DNA of 34,477 nucleotides from Synechococcales cyanobacterium VAR_35_metabat_10 (GCA_031418695.1 JANOXZ010000553.1:1-34477); one strand, 5' to 3'; positions 21,044 to 31,811 are shown, counted from the stretch's first letter. A program made the numbers and translations. The notes: generated from the sequence alone by a model not told the origin.

Positions 21044-21544
21044 ATGTCTTTATTTGCGCGGCAGAAAATGGCTAATGACCCCTATTATCGCTTTGGCTCT
21101 TTGGCTGAACTGCCGATCGCTGCCGAACTAGGGATCAAAATTGATGTAAATTCAGCGATGATCGATGACTGGCTCCGCTTACCTGGATTGTCTATTCACC
21201 AAGCACGAGCATTGGTGGGTTTGCAGCAGGCCGGGTTAGAGCTTTACTCGATCGAAGACCTCGCCGCAGCATTGGGAATGCCAGTACAGCGTATTCAAAC
21301 CTGGAGTTTAGTGCTGAGCTTTCAATATCGGGTGCCAGAGTTGCAGCCGGTACTATGTAATCCTAGTTTTGCTAGTTTGACGGAGTTGATGCAGATTCCG
21401 GAAATGGATGCGGAGTTGATGGAGTTATTGGTGATCGATCGGCAAAACAATGGCTCATATAGTGATTTAGGCGATTTCCAGCGCCGACTGGGTATCAGCG
21501 GCGCAGTTCTGGGTAAATTGATGCATTATTTAAAGTTTTATTAA
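21044..21544 (+). CDS. Helix-hairpin-helix (ComEA-like) repeat protein
   Basis: Two ComEA-type HhH modules: IDVNSAMIDDWLRLPGLSIHQARALV...YSIEDLAAALGMP and SFASLTELMQIPEMDAELMELLV...YSDLGDFQRRLGISGAVLGKL. The ORF is open from a GTG at 20969, but the ATG at 21044 is the more plausible start. Confidence 0.7.
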   Translation: MSLFARQKMANDPYYRFGSLAELPIAAELGIKIDVNSAMIDDWLRLPGLSIHQARALVGLQQAGLELYSIEDLAAALGMPVQRIQTWSLVLSFQYRVPELQPVLCNPSFASLTELMQIPEMDAELMELLVIDRQNNGSYSDLGDFQRRLGISGAVLGKLMHYLKFY

Positions 21545-22164
21545 GGCTTTTAGATGAGATCTGACCTCATCACTGAAAAAATGCAAACTTTTTTTGATGT
21601 TCCTCACCATCGCAAGAGTCTTTCTATCAATTGATATTAAGAACATGTATATAACTACTCTCCCATTTATCCTGAGCCAGTAAAAGCGTTGTTTAACAGC
21701 AATTTCCAGCAAGTTTCTTGATAAATTATTTGAGGACAAGTCACTTAACATCATTTTAAGCTGGTTAATTTGTAGTTTGTGATACATTTACCTGTACTCT
21801 AACAATACCTTTTAGAGAATGTCTGGAAAGCCCCGTGGTGAGCGGAATAATGAGGATTTCAACCCTGATATGTCAACAGTAGAATCAGTATTCTAGCCGA
21901 TAAACCAGATTTTTTAGACATCCTTTAAGCAAAGTTTTACTTCTCAGACTATTGACAGGTAGAGTAATATGAAAATAGGCACAAAAACAGTGTTTGGGAT
22001 GATAAACACCAAAAGCATCTTGGGAATAGCCAAAGACATCAGTTTAAATGGTAAAGCATAGAACTGAGTTTATGGCGACTTAGCTTGAGGCGTAAAGTTG
22101 GTGTTATTTATAAGTTCGTTCAGACCAATTGACTTGAACATATTTTAAATTTCACTATAAATAC

Positions 22165-25100
22165 ATGCTAAAAAATAATTTTGCTGGTCAAACATTTGAG
22201 TCTACGTTTACTCAGATGGAACTTCCAGGTTCTCAGAAACTTTCGACTCTGATAGGCAACGGTTTCAGAGATCCTCAAACAATTGCCTTTATTGATTCAA
22301 ATGTTTCTAGTGCCATGGATATAATGGCAGGTGTACAAGCAGATATCAAGATTTTCTTAGACCCCACACGAGATGGAGTTACTCAAATAACAGAGGCACT
22401 AGAGCAATATAAATACTTATCAAGCATTAGTATCATCTCCCACGGAAACGCATCTGAGGTTCAACTGGGTAATGGTTTACTCAATGACAAATCCCTACCA
22501 CAGTATTCCAATCAACTCCAACAGTGGAAATCATCACTAGCTCAAGATGCAGACATTCTTTTTTATGGATGTGGGATTGCAGCAGGCGAGTTTGGAAAAG
22601 CTTTTGTTGACAGAATTAGTCAGTTAACAGATGCCGACATAGCCGCATCTACAGATAACACCGGGAATTCTGCCAAAGGTGGTAATTGGAATCTAGAGTA
22701 TGCCACAGGCACAATTGAAACCATTACACCTTTCACCAATTCTTTCATCAGCTCTTATCAAGGGCTTTTACCAACTTTTTATCTGAGCGATTTGACTGCA
22801 ACAGCATCTACTAATGGATGGGGAGCGATCGAACGCGATAAATCCAACGGCGAGCAAGGTGCAAACGATGGCAACACCTTAACGCTCAATGGCCTCACCT
22901 ACACCAAAGGTCTAGGGGTTCATTCGGGGTCTAGCACCACCTACACCTTAGGTGGCAACTACACCCGTTTTATTTCTGATATTGGCATAGATGACGAGGT
23001 AGGCAGCAATGGCTCTGTAGTTTTCCAAGTATTGGCTGATGGCGTACAGATTTACGATAGTGGCTTAATGGCTGGTAACACCGCCACCAAAACGGTGAAC
23101 GTTGATGTCACTGGCAGACAAAGTCTCCGACTAGTAGTGACTGATAACGGTGATAATAATTATTATGACCATGCCGACTGGGCTAATGCACGTTTAGAAA
23201 ATGGCTCTCCCACTCCAGATACGACAGCACCCACTGCTACACTAAATGCCACGCCTCTTAGTGTTACACCAAATAGTACTACTCCTTACACCTTTACCGT
23301 CACATATAATGACAACGTTGCGGTTAACTCTAGTACTTTAGATTCCACTGACTTATTAATTACGGGTCCCAATAGTTACAGTCAACTGGCAACCTTTGTT
23401 AGTGCAACTCCCTCAACCAACGGGTCTCCACTCACGGCAACATATCGCATCACTCCTCCCGCCGGTGCTTGGGATGCCAATGAAACTGGCACCTACACTG
23501 TGGCACTGCAAGGCAACCAAGTCAGTGATACTAGCAGTAATGCTGTCGTTGCAACAACTTTAGGCACTTTCCAAGTCAACGTTAGTACGGCCACGAGCGT
23601 TTATCTAAGCGATTTGACGGCAACAGCAGCAACCAATGGCTGGGGAGCGATCGAACGCGATAAATCCAACGGCGAACAAGGTGCGACCGATGGTAATACC
23701 TTAACGCTCAGCGGCCTCACCTACACCAAAGGACTAGGGGTTCACGCGGGGTCTGACACTACTTACACCTTGGGTGGCAACTATACCCGCTTTATTTCTG
23801 ATATTGGTGTAGATGACGAGGTGGGTGCCAATGGCTCTGTCTTGTTCCAAGTGTTTTCTGATGGCATACAGATTTACGATAGTGGCTTAATGACTGGTAA
23901 CACCGCCACCAGAAACGTGAATGTTGATGTCACTGGCAAACAAAATCTCCGACTAGTGGTGACTGATAGCGGTGATAATAATTTCTATGACCATGGCGAC
24001 TGGGCTAATGCACGTTTAACCTCAGTACCACTAGGCCCTGATACTAGTCCCCCGGCACCTAGCCTGACAGCAACACCTATCAGCAGTAGTACTCCTGCGC
24101 CCTACACCTTTAGCGTGACCTATACTGATACAACGTCGGTAAATGTTAGCACCATTAACGGTAGTACGACCAGTAGCGATGTACGAGTCACTGGCTCAAA
24201 TGGATATTCTCAACTTGCTCAATTGGTCAGTGTTACACCCAGTACCAACAGTCCAACAGTTACTGCTACCTATCAAATTACTGCAACCGATGGAATTTGG
24301 AACTGGAATGATCGGGGCACTTACACCGCAACTTTACTAGCAGGCGCAGTAAGAGATACTCTTAATAACACCACCGCTACTGACACCACTTTGGGCACTT
24401 TCCAAAACACAGTGGAATCTATCTTTGTATTTGCTACAAATAGTTCTCAGGTAGCAGAGGGAAATGCTATCAATATCACAGTAAGAAGACAAGGAGATAC
24501 CTCCGGTACTGCAAGTATTGACTATTTCACTGGAGGGAACTCCACTGCGACTCCGAACGTGAACTATACCCCTATCCCAATCACCACTCTCACCTTTGGC
24601 CCAACAGAGACAGAGAAGACTATCACAGTACAAACGCTCAATGATGGAGTAGCCAATACAAACAAAACAGTAAGTCTGCTGATTCAAAATCCGATCGGCG
24701 CTGATCTGGGTACATCGCGTACTTCTTCGATCACAATTAATGATACAGCCGGGCCAATTCTTAGCTATTTGAGCGATTTGCCTTTTACTTCCACCAATGG
24801 TTGGGGAGCAGTAGAACGAGATCGATCTAATGGAGAAATAGGAGCAGCAGATGGCAATCCCCTCAAACTAGAAGGTACTACATACGCCAAAGGTATCGGA
24901 GCTCATTCCAATTCCCAAATTAATTACAACCTTGGCGGGAATTATAATAGCTTCTTCGCGTATGTGGGAGTAGATGATGAAGTCTCTGGCGGTGGTTCCG
25001 TGGTCTTCCAGATTTTGGCAGATGGTGAGCTGCTTTATGACAGTGGATTAATGAATGGTCTTAGCAGTACCAAGCTAGCCAATGTCAATGTTACTGGTAA

Positions 25101-27669
25101 ACAAAACCTCACTTTGATTGTGAATGACGGGGGTAACGGCAATGGAAGTGATCACGCCGACTGGGCAGATGCTCAGTTAGTGGTAGGCAGCTACACACCA
25201 CCTCAACCCCAATTAACAACTATTCTCCGTGAACAAGTTGTAACTGGGCTAAACAGGCCAACCACCTTTGATTGGTCTCCAGATGGTCAACTGATGTTTA
25301 TTGCAGAAAAAGGCGGAATAGTCAAAACATTTGTTCAATCGCCTACTCTAAACTTTGCCCCTGTTCAGAGTTATTCTACTGGTACCAATACTCATGGCAT
25401 AACCTCCGCTGATTTTAATGGGGATCGTAGACTAGATTTAGTAACTGCCAATGCAGCCGACAATAATGTCAGCATCCTACTTGGCAATGGAAATGGTACT
25501 TTTTCGTCGGCAGTTAATGTTGGGGTAGGAATTAAACCAAAATCAGTTTTTGCCAGTGATTTCAACCAAGACGGCAGGCTTGACCTATTTACTGCCAACC
25601 AAGATTCTAACGACGTTAGTGTACTCTTGGGTAATGGGAATGGGACATTTGCTACAGCCGTTAACTATGCCGGAACCTCTGGTTCTCATGAAGCTGTAGC
25701 CGCAGATGTAGATGGAGATGGTGATATCGACATTGCAGTTACTGGTACAGGGGCTTCTAGCGTCCGCGTGATGCGTAACAACGGCAATGGTACATTTGGC
25801 AGTTTTGCTGAATACGCAGTTGGATCTGTGCCACATTCCCTTAATTTGACTGATTTTAATGGCGATAATAGACCAGATATAGCTGTAGCTAACCAAGACA
25901 GTGACAACATCAGCATCTTACTAAATAGTGGGACAGGAACTTTTAGTGCTGCTACCAACATTGGAGTTGGAGGCAAGCCGCATTCAATTCGTGCTGCCGA
26001 TTTGAATGGTGATGGCAATATAGATCTTGTGAGTGACAGTCAAACCGATAATTCTGTCAGTATTTTGCTGGGCAATGGAACTGGAGGCTTTGCACCAGCA
26101 GTGAGATATGCTACGGGGCTACAGCCAGTAGGTGTCGTACTGAGGGACATGGATGGTGATGGCAAGATAGATATCGTTACGTCTAACATTGCTGGAAATT
26201 ACCCCAATGGAGATAACCCAGGCGGTAATACTGTCAGCGTATTGCTAGGAAGTGGCGATGGTAAGTTTGCTGCCCCTACTACTTTTTTCACCGGCACCAC
26301 ACCTTTTGATCTAACCGTTGCTGATTTTAATAATGATGGAAAGGGTGATATTGCCACTGCTAACTGGCTCACCAACAACGTCGGAGTATTAATTAATACA
26401 ACTGCTAATCCCTCACCACTTGCCGCTGGTCTGCGACCTACGCCCTTCATAGATATCTCTGAACAGGTAAATGACGTGGCCGATCGCGGACTACTAGGCA
26501 TGGCGATCGATCCATTATTTGGTAGAAACCAAAATCGAGACTTTGTCTATTTGTCTTTTACCTATGACCCGCCAGAAGCCGCAGCAAATAGCGGTTTAGC
26601 AGGACGAGATGGTCAGGGCAATCGCCCCGCCCGTTTGATTCGGGTAACAGCCGACCCCACCACTAACTTCACAACAGCCATCCAGGGTAGTGAAGTAGTC
26701 TTACTGGGTAAAAATAGCCTTTGGCAATACACTAGTAATCCCGGAATAGATAGTACGGTTGACCTCACTAATTTACCATCTGGCATTGCCAACGGATCAA
26801 CAGTTACACCACCGATTACCCTGATTGAAGATGCTGATCCTATCAATCTTGGCAGAGATTACTCAGCCACAGACACCAATTTTGATTTAAACAACAATAT
26901 CCGAGACTACTTGGCAGGCGACAGCGACAGTCATAGCATTGGACAAGTTCAATTTGCACCAGATGGATCCTTATATGTCACAGTTGGTGATGGGACTTCC
27001 TATAATTCTGTTGATTGGCGATCGACTCGGGTTCAGGATGTCGATAGTTTATCTGGCAAACTGCTGAGAATTAATCCTCTCACTGGACAAGGTTATGCAG
27101 ATAACCCCTTCTCTAATGGCAATCTAGACAGCAATCGTTCTAAGGTCTGGAGTTTAGGGGTACGCAATTCGTTCCGCTTCGCATTTAATCCTACTACCGG
27201 CACTCCTTACCTTGGGGACGTTGGCTGGACTGCCTGGGAAGAAATTAACGTGGCAACTAGGGGCAGTAACTTTGGTTGGCCTTACTTTGAAGGACCTAAT
27301 CAAAACCTAGGGTACAGTACCTTACCTCAGGCTCAAGCTTTCTATAATAGCGGACAGGCCGTGAGTCCACTATTAAGTCGTAATCACAATGCCAACTTGA
27401 ATCCTGATGGTTTAGCAGCTACCGCTCTCATCATGGGTGACTTTTACACAGGAACTTCATTGCCATCTGTCTATAATGGAGCACTATTTTATAACGATGT
27501 TGGGCTGGGTACAGTGTATGCAACTACCTTGAATCCAGACGGCACCGTCAATTCCACCCAGATAGTTGACAACCTGCCTTACATTGTCAGGATGAAGACC
27601 GGACCTGATGGATATCTTTACTATGCCAGCCTTTATGGCAATGCAATCGGTCGGTGGAAATCAGCATAG
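22165..27669 (+). CDS. Giant multidomain surface/adhesin-like protein (1834 aa)
   Basis: DUF4347 at about 22279-22701 (IAFIDSNV...ISHGN...[11 protein letters not shown]...GGNWNLEY). NPCBM modules at about 22780-23200, 23602-24018 and 24763-25180 (YLSDL..TNGWGA.ERD.SNGE...Y.KG.G.HS/A...DDEV...GSV.FQ..ADG...YDSG...DHADWA.A.L). Ig-like spacers lie between them. Calx-beta at about 24412-24740. Seven FG-GAP repeats at 25396-26400. GSDH-like propeller motifs: [62 protein letters not shown] and [11 protein letters not shown]. No N-terminal signal peptide. Confidence 0.9.
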   Translation: MLKNNFAGQTFESTFTQMELPGSQKLSTLIGNGFRDPQTIAFIDSNVSSAMDIMAGVQADIKIFLDPTRDGVTQITEALEQYKYLSSISIISHGNASEVQLGNGLLNDKSLPQYSNQLQQWKSSLAQDADILFYGCGIAAGEFGKAFVDRISQLTDADIAASTDNTGNSAKGGNWNLEYATGTIETITPFTNSFISSYQGLLPTFYLSDLTATASTNGWGAIERDKSNGEQGANDGNTLTLNGLTYTKGLGVHSGSSTTYTLGGNYTRFISDIGIDDEVGSNGSVVFQVLADGVQIYDSGLMAGNTATKTVNVDVTGRQSLRLVVTDNGDNNYYDHADWANARLENGSPTPDTTAPTATLNATPLSVTPNSTTPYTFTVTYNDNVAVNSSTLDSTDLLITGPNSYSQLATFVSATPSTNGSPLTATYRITPPAGAWDANETGTYTVALQGNQVSDTSSNAVVATTLGTFQVNVSTATSVYLSDLTATAATNGWGAIERDKSNGEQGATDGNTLTLSGLTYTKGLGVHAGSDTTYTLGGNYTRFISDIGVDDEVGANGSVLFQVFSDGIQIYDSGLMTGNTATRNVNVDVTGKQNLRLVVTDSGDNNFYDHGDWANARLTSVPLGPDTSPPAPSLTATPISSSTPAPYTFSVTYTDTTSVNVSTINGSTTSSDVRVTGSNGYSQLAQLVSVTPSTNSPTVTATYQITATDGIWNWNDRGTYTATLLAGAVRDTLNNTTATDTTLGTFQNTVESIFVFATNSSQVAEGNAINITVRRQGDTSGTASIDYFTGGNSTATPNVNYTPIPITTLTFGPTETEKTITVQTLNDGVANTNKTVSLLIQNPIGADLGTSRTSSITINDTAGPILSYLSDLPFTSTNGWGAVERDRSNGEIGAADGNPLKLEGTTYAKGIGAHSNSQINYNLGGNYNSFFAYVGVDDEVSGGGSVVFQILADGELLYDSGLMNGLSSTKLANVNVTGKQNLTLIVNDGGNGNGSDHADWADAQLVVGSYTPPQPQLTTILREQVVTGLNRPTTFDWSPDGQLMFIAEKGGIVKTFVQSPTLNFAPVQSYSTGTNTHGITSADFNGDRRLDLVTANAADNNVSILLGNGNGTFSSAVNVGVGIKPKSVFASDFNQDGRLDLFTANQDSNDVSVLLGNGNGTFATAVNYAGTSGSHEAVAADVDGDGDIDIAVTGTGASSVRVMRNNGNGTFGSFAEYAVGSVPHSLNLTDFNGDNRPDIAVANQDSDNISILLNSGTGTFSAATNIGVGGKPHSIRAADLNGDGNIDLVSDSQTDNSVSILLGNGTGGFAPAVRYATGLQPVGVVLRDMDGDGKIDIVTSNIAGNYPNGDNPGGNTVSVLLGSGDGKFAAPTTFFTGTTPFDLTVADFNNDGKGDIATANWLTNNVGVLINTTANPSPLAAGLRPTPFIDISEQVNDVADRGLLGMAIDPLFGRNQNRDFVYLSFTYDPPEAAANSGLAGRDGQGNRPARLIRVTADPTTNFTTAIQGSEVVLLGKNSLWQYTSNPGIDSTVDLTNLPSGIANGSTVTPPITLIEDADPINLGRDYSATDTNFDLNNNIRDYLAGDSDSHSIGQVQFAPDGSLYVTVGDGTSYNSVDWRSTRVQDVDSLSGKLLRINPLTGQGYADNPFSNGNLDSNRSKVWSLGVRNSFRFAFNPTTGTPYLGDVGWTAWEEINVATRGSNFGWPYFEGPNQNLGYSTLPQAQAFYNSGQAVSPLLSRNHNANLNPDGLAATALIMGDFYTGTSLPSVYNGALFYNDVGLGTVYATTLNPDGTVNSTQIVDNLPYIVRMKTGPDGYLYYASLYGNAIGRWKSA
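22780..24410 (+). repeat. Intragenic tandem duplication of an NPCBM plus Ig-like module of about 820 bp
   Basis: The NPCBM parts (22780-23200 and 23602-24018) align base for base without indels. I counted about 48 mismatches over about 420 nt, roughly 88% identity. The following Ig-like parts are more diverged. Confidence 0.85.
25396..26400 (+). repeat. Seven tandem FG-GAP/VCBS repeats (predicted 7-bladed beta-propeller) inside the giant CDS
   Basis: Seven units of the pattern D(F/L/V/M)(N/D)GD..(L/I)D(L/I)..(A/S)N....(V/I)S(I/V)LLGNG(N/T)G.F. Confidence 0.85.
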
Positions 27670-27739
27670 TCTGGCCTCGACCTAAACCAGGAAATAATTT
27701 ATCTCAGATGAAGAATATACTCCTTTGAGAAGAAGACAT

Positions 27740-27840
27740 CTATAGCAATCCCAAATGATTTGGCGTGTTGAAAAGACTTTAAAACCTTACTCCGCAACAG
27801 GCCAATTCTTCAACTACTTAGGATTGCTATAGTATTTTTT
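27740..27840 (+). terminator. Long-loop inverted repeat followed by a T-run after the giant gene (putative structured terminator or small RNA element)
   Basis: Perfect 12-bp arms, CTATAGCAATCC (27740-27751) and GGATTGCTATAG (27821-27832), separated by 69 nt and followed by TATTTTTTT. Confidence 0.35.
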
Positions 27841-27910
27841 TATCCCCATTTGAGTATGTTTTTTATTTTGTGACATAATAGAAAACTTTAAGTAACCAAA
27901 CCTGTGCAAC

Positions 27911-28450
27911 ATGAGAAATATCAATCTGGCAGTTATTGGTAGTTTTAGCTTCACAGCCATTTTTAGCATCAGTGTGTCTGCCATGACCACTGCTCCTGCT
28001 ACTCCAGAGAATTTGAAGCCACCTCAGACCGAAAAGGTGGCTTTTGCTTTATCGGCTAAAGGAGTACAAATTTATCAATGTAGTGTCAACAAAAATGATG
28101 CCACTCAGTTTGCATGGGTTTTTAAAGCACCCGAAGCTGAACTTTTTGACCAAGCAAAAACCAAGGTAGGCAAACATTATGGCGGGCCAACCTGGGAATC
28201 TAACGATGGCAGCAAAATCCAGGGAGAAGTCAAGGCGCGCTCTGAAGTGATAGGAGTCAAGACAATTCCCTGGCTATTGCTTGCAGCCAAGAAACCGGAA
28301 GGAAAAGGACTGTTTAGTTCGGTAAAAAGCATTCAGCGCCTGAACACCATGGGTGGCAGCGCACCAGCAACCGGCTGCGATCGAACTCAAGCTAATACCG
28401 AAGTCCGGGTGCCCTATACCGCCAACTATTATTTTTACGTGGACAACTAG
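27911..28450 (+). CDS. DUF3455 domain secreted protein
   Basis: Signal peptide (AVIGSFSFTAIFSISVSA). DUF3455-like blocks: GVQIYQC, FAWVFKAPEAELFD, GKHYGGPTWESNDGSKIQG, WLLL and YTANYYFY. Confidence 0.7.
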   Translation: MRNINLAVIGSFSFTAIFSISVSAMTTAPATPENLKPPQTEKVAFALSAKGVQIYQCSVNKNDATQFAWVFKAPEAELFDQAKTKVGKHYGGPTWESNDGSKIQGEVKARSEVIGVKTIPWLLLAAKKPEGKGLFSSVKSIQRLNTMGGSAPATGCDRTQANTEVRVPYTANYYFYVDN

Positions 28451-28458
28451 CCCAAATC

Positions 28459-29730
28459 TTAGCGGCGACTACTGCGTCGGGCGGCTGCAACAGATTCTAT
28501 TAAGCCGATCGAAATAAAGTTCTTCAGCAGAGCCGATCGACCGTAGCTAATCCAAGGTAACGGAATCCCCGTCACCGGCGCAATTCCCACATTCATCCCA
28601 ATATTGACCACCACCTGAAACACAATCATCGAAAGAATCCCAATTACCAGCAGCGAGCCAAAATTATCTCTAGAAGTATTGGCAATCTTTAAGATCCGCC
28701 AGCAGAGATACCAGAATGTAAAAATTAGTACAAAGCAGCCAAAAAAGCCGCATTCTTCCCCGATCGCCGAGAAAATAAAATCAGTGTGCTGCTCTGGAAT
28801 AAAGTTGAGCTGAGTTTGAGTACCCTGGGTAATTCCCTGTCCCCAAAAGCCCCCAGCCCCGATCGCAATCCGCGATTGAATTAGGTGATACCCGGCTCCT
28901 AGGGCATCTTTTTCTGGGTCTAGAAACATTATCAAACGCTCTTTTTGGTAGTCTTTCAGTACATTCCAAAACACCACGCCCAAAAAACCAAAGCCCACAT
29001 TAATGCCTAAAGCAACTAATGAACTAATTTTTGGCCAAGGCAAAGTGCGCCAAGCAACGACTGCCATCAACCCCGCCCATACAACCCACAATGGCTGATA
29101 CACCGCATACAAAATAGCTGCAATCAGCGGCGAAGCCAATAGCAATAGCCAGCCCGGATTAGCTCCTGCCCAATACAACATCCCCAGAGCAATAACCCCA
29201 AACACCAAAGAACTACCCAAATCTGGTTGAATAAATACCAACAGCCAAGGAGGAATAGTAATAAATAAAGTCTTAACGAACTCCGATAAATACTTGACCT
29301 GTCGCTGTTGCAACACTGCTGCCAGAGTAATAATCAGCGCGATTTTAGCAAACTCCGAAGGTTGGAAATTAAAAGGGCCAATATAAATCCAACGTTGGGC
29401 ACCCTTGGCACTAGCGCCCAGAAACATTACCGCCGCCAGCATCGCTATATTTGCACCATATAGATACCAATGAAACCGCAGTAAGTTTTGATAATTACTG
29501 CGAGTAATTAGCAGTGCCAGCACTAAGCCAAAGCCCCCCAGCACCCAATGCTGCCACCAATCTGTTACCGGGCGGTTTAGCTCGGTGCTGCGAATCATGA
29601 TGCCGCCAAAAAATGTTAATCCAACAGTTAATAGCAACAATACCCAATCGGTTTTGCCATATTTGGCAGTAATTTTGGTAACAATACCAGATTTCTTATT
29701 GGACTGAATTTTAGTGGGGGGTGAAAACAT
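28459..29730 (-). CDS. FtsW/RodA/SpoVE family peptidoglycan glycosyltransferase (RodA-like)
   Basis: Polytopic SEDS protein with DWVLLLLTVGLTFFGGIMI, GAQRWIYIGPFNFQPSEFAKI, PDLGSSLV, FIPEQHTDFIFSAIGEE and GIAPVTGIPLPWISYGRS. The RodA versus FtsW assignment is uncertain. Confidence 0.88.
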   Translation of the reverse strand: MFSPPTKIQSNKKSGIVTKITAKYGKTDWVLLLLTVGLTFFGGIMIRSTELNRPVTDWWQHWVLGGFGLVLALLITRSNYQNLLRFHWYLYGANIAMLAAVMFLGASAKGAQRWIYIGPFNFQPSEFAKIALIITLAAVLQQRQVKYLSEFVKTLFITIPPWLLVFIQPDLGSSLVFGVIALGMLYWAGANPGWLLLLASPLIAAILYAVYQPLWVVWAGLMAVVAWRTLPWPKISSLVALGINVGFGFLGVVFWNVLKDYQKERLIMFLDPEKDALGAGYHLIQSRIAIGAGGFWGQGITQGTQTQLNFIPEQHTDFIFSAIGEECGFFGCFVLIFTFWYLCWRILKIANTSRDNFGSLLVIGILSMIVFQVVVNIGMNVGIAPVTGIPLPWISYGRSALLKNFISIGLIESVAAARRSSRR

Positions 29731-29750
29731 AATCCTCGTAAAAGTTAAAA

Positions 29751-30809
29751 CTAGTCGGAGAGAGCCACCACTGCTGCCCGTGCCGCGATCGACTGGGCAA
29801 CAGCCACCAATGCCTTAGCTGCCGCTGAATTAGGTGCCGAAACCACGATCGGCTGACCAATATCGCCACCTTCTCGCACCGGAATTTCTAGGGGAATGCA
29901 GCCTAATAAAGGAATCTGTAACTCCGCCGCCAGCTTTTTACCACCGTCGGAACCAAAGATATCATATTGTTTATCTGGCTGATCATGAGGGACAAAGTAG
30001 CTCATATTCTCTACTACTCCCAAAATTGTGGTGAATTTCTCAAACATCCGCAAACCTTTCCGGGCATCAGCGATCGCCACATTCTGAGGAGTAGTCACAA
30101 TCACGGCTCCAGCCATCGGCACTGCCTGCGCCAAAGTTAACTGAGCATCACCAGTCCCTGGTGGCAGATCCACAATTAAATAATCCAATTCGCCCCAAGC
30201 TACTTCATAAATAAACTGCCGAATTACACCGTTTAACATCGGTCCCCGCCAAGGCAAAGGCTGGTCAGCGTCCACAAAAAAAGACATCGAAATCAGCTTG
30301 ACCCCATGGGCGATCGGTGGCTCTAATCCTCCACCTTGGGGCATTACTGCACGGGTACCTGCTAAGCCAAACATAATCGGTGCATTGGGTCCATAAATAT
30401 CGGCATCTAGCAAGCCCACTTTGGCTCCCATCTGGGCTAGTGCCACAGCTACGTTAGCAGATACGGTGCTTTTACCCACGCCCCCCTTGCCGCTAGAAAT
30501 AGCAATGATGTTTTTGACTCCTTCAATACCTACTCGATCGGCCATGGCTTTTTGGGCTGGAATCTCGGAGGTAACGTTAATATCGACTGATATTACGCCC
30601 TCTAGTTTAGTAACCACCCGCCGACAGTCATCGGTAATGATGCCTTTTAAGGGACAAGCTGGGGTCGTCAACACTAGATCAAAGCTCACTACACCATCAG
30701 TAATTTTTACTTGACGGATCATGTTGAGTTCTACCAAGCTTTTTTGTAACTCAGGATCATTAACCGGGCGGAGAGCTTCTAAAACAGCGTTATTATCTAG
30801 CATGATCAA
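29751..30809 (-). CDS. apbC: Mrp/NBP35 (ApbC) family iron-sulfur cluster carrier ATPase
   Basis: N-terminal DUF59/MIP18 region (VNDPELQKSLVELNMI...TTPACPLK), deviant Walker A SGKGGVGKST, and DLPPGTGD. Confidence 0.92.
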   Translation of the reverse strand: MIMLDNNAVLEALRPVNDPELQKSLVELNMIRQVKITDGVVSFDLVLTTPACPLKGIITDDCRRVVTKLEGVISVDINVTSEIPAQKAMADRVGIEGVKNIIAISSGKGGVGKSTVSANVAVALAQMGAKVGLLDADIYGPNAPIMFGLAGTRAVMPQGGGLEPPIAHGVKLISMSFFVDADQPLPWRGPMLNGVIRQFIYEVAWGELDYLIVDLPPGTGDAQLTLAQAVPMAGAVIVTTPQNVAIADARKGLRMFEKFTTILGVVENMSYFVPHDQPDKQYDIFGSDGGKKLAAELQIPLLGCIPLEIPVREGGDIGQPIVVSAPNSAAAKALVAVAQSIAARAAVVALSD

Positions 30810-30892
30810 ATAAATTTTTAGTGTAAAAAGAGGAATTTAAAAAGCAAACTTTTAGTTTTCTCAGTTGATCGATCAACTGAGAGGTCATTAGA

Positions 30893-31342
30893 CTATTCGT
30901 AAAGCCAAGGAGTGATCGTTGGTTTCCAACCAGCCAATTCTTCAGGCTTAAACCATAGAGCAACTTCCTGTTGAGCAGTTTCTACAGCATCAGAACCATG
31001 AATTAAGTTGCGGCCAATGCTCACACCCAAATCACCGCGAATAGTTCCGGGTTCAGAAGTTAAAGGATTGGTTGCCCCAATAATTTTGCGGGCGGAAGCT
31101 ACTGCACCATCGCCTTCCCAAACCATTGCTACTACTGGAGCAGAGATAATAAAATCTACCAAGCCAGCAAAGAAAGGTCTTTCTTTATGCACAGCATAAT
31201 GCTGTTCAGCCAATTCTCTACTAACCATCATGAACTTCATACCTATGAGGGTGAAGCCTTTTTTCTCGAACCGACCGATAATTTCGCTCACCAGGCCGCG
31301 CTGCACGCCATCAGGCTTGATGGCAATAAATGTACGTTCCAC
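30893..31342 (-). CDS. ndk: Nucleoside-diphosphate kinase
   Basis: [17 protein letters not shown], and the active-site region NLIHGSD with the catalytic His. Length 149 aa. Confidence 0.96.
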   Translation of the reverse strand: MERTFIAIKPDGVQRGLVSEIIGRFEKKGFTLIGMKFMMVSRELAEQHYAVHKERPFFAGLVDFIISAPVVAMVWEGDGAVASARKIIGATNPLTSEPGTIRGDLGVSIGRNLIHGSDAVETAQQEVALWFKPEELAGWKPTITPWLYE

Positions 31343-31448
31343 CGTAAACTCCTAAGTAAGTATTTCTATGTTTAAGGCACCAAGTCTAAGAATCACAGAT
31401 GCCAAGGATCCAGGATAGCCGATCGACTGTCTCGATCGAACATAAAGA

Positions 31449-31811
31449 TTAGTCTTTGCGGTTAAACAGCATATTCAAAACAGTCGAGATGATCGAGACT
31501 CCTAATGTACCGGCTAAGATCGATTGCCAACCATTAATTTTAAAGCCTTCTGCATAGGCATCAACTGCCATCAAACAACCCACGTTTAGACCGATCGCCG
31601 ATAGACCCAAAGTGAAAAAAGTCAGGGGAAAAGTCAGAAATTTCAAAACCGGTCTGATAAAAGTATTCACCGTAGCCAAAGCAAAAGCCGCCACCGATGC
31701 TCCTGAGGCATCAGTAAAAGTCATGCCATTGGGAATCAACTGATTGATTAGGTATGCAGTGATCGGCAAAGAGGCGGCGTTGAGCACCCAAGTTATCAAC
31801 AGTCTTTTCAT
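31449..31811 (-). CDS. Phage holin family 4 / DUF360-type small membrane protein
   Basis: 120 aa with four hydrophobic segments, including the family-like stretch NTFIRPVLKFLTFPLTFFTLGL. Confidence 0.65.
   Translation of the reverse strand: MKRLLITWVLNAASLPITAYLINQLIPNGMTFTDASGASVAAFALATVNTFIRPVLKFLTFPLTFFTLGLSAIGLNVGCLMAVDAYAEGFKINGWQSILAGTLGVSIISTVLNMLFNRKD

Noticed and set aside
21530-21787. 85-aa minus-strand ORF in the AT-rich gap before the giant gene. Its first residues look vaguely leucine-rich-repeat-like (LQINQLKMMLSDLSSNNLSRNLLEI).
   Set aside because: It is short and AT-rich with no ribosome-binding site or recognisable family, and it overlaps the 3' end of the HhH gene. It could be a gene remnant, but I cannot support calling it a CDS.
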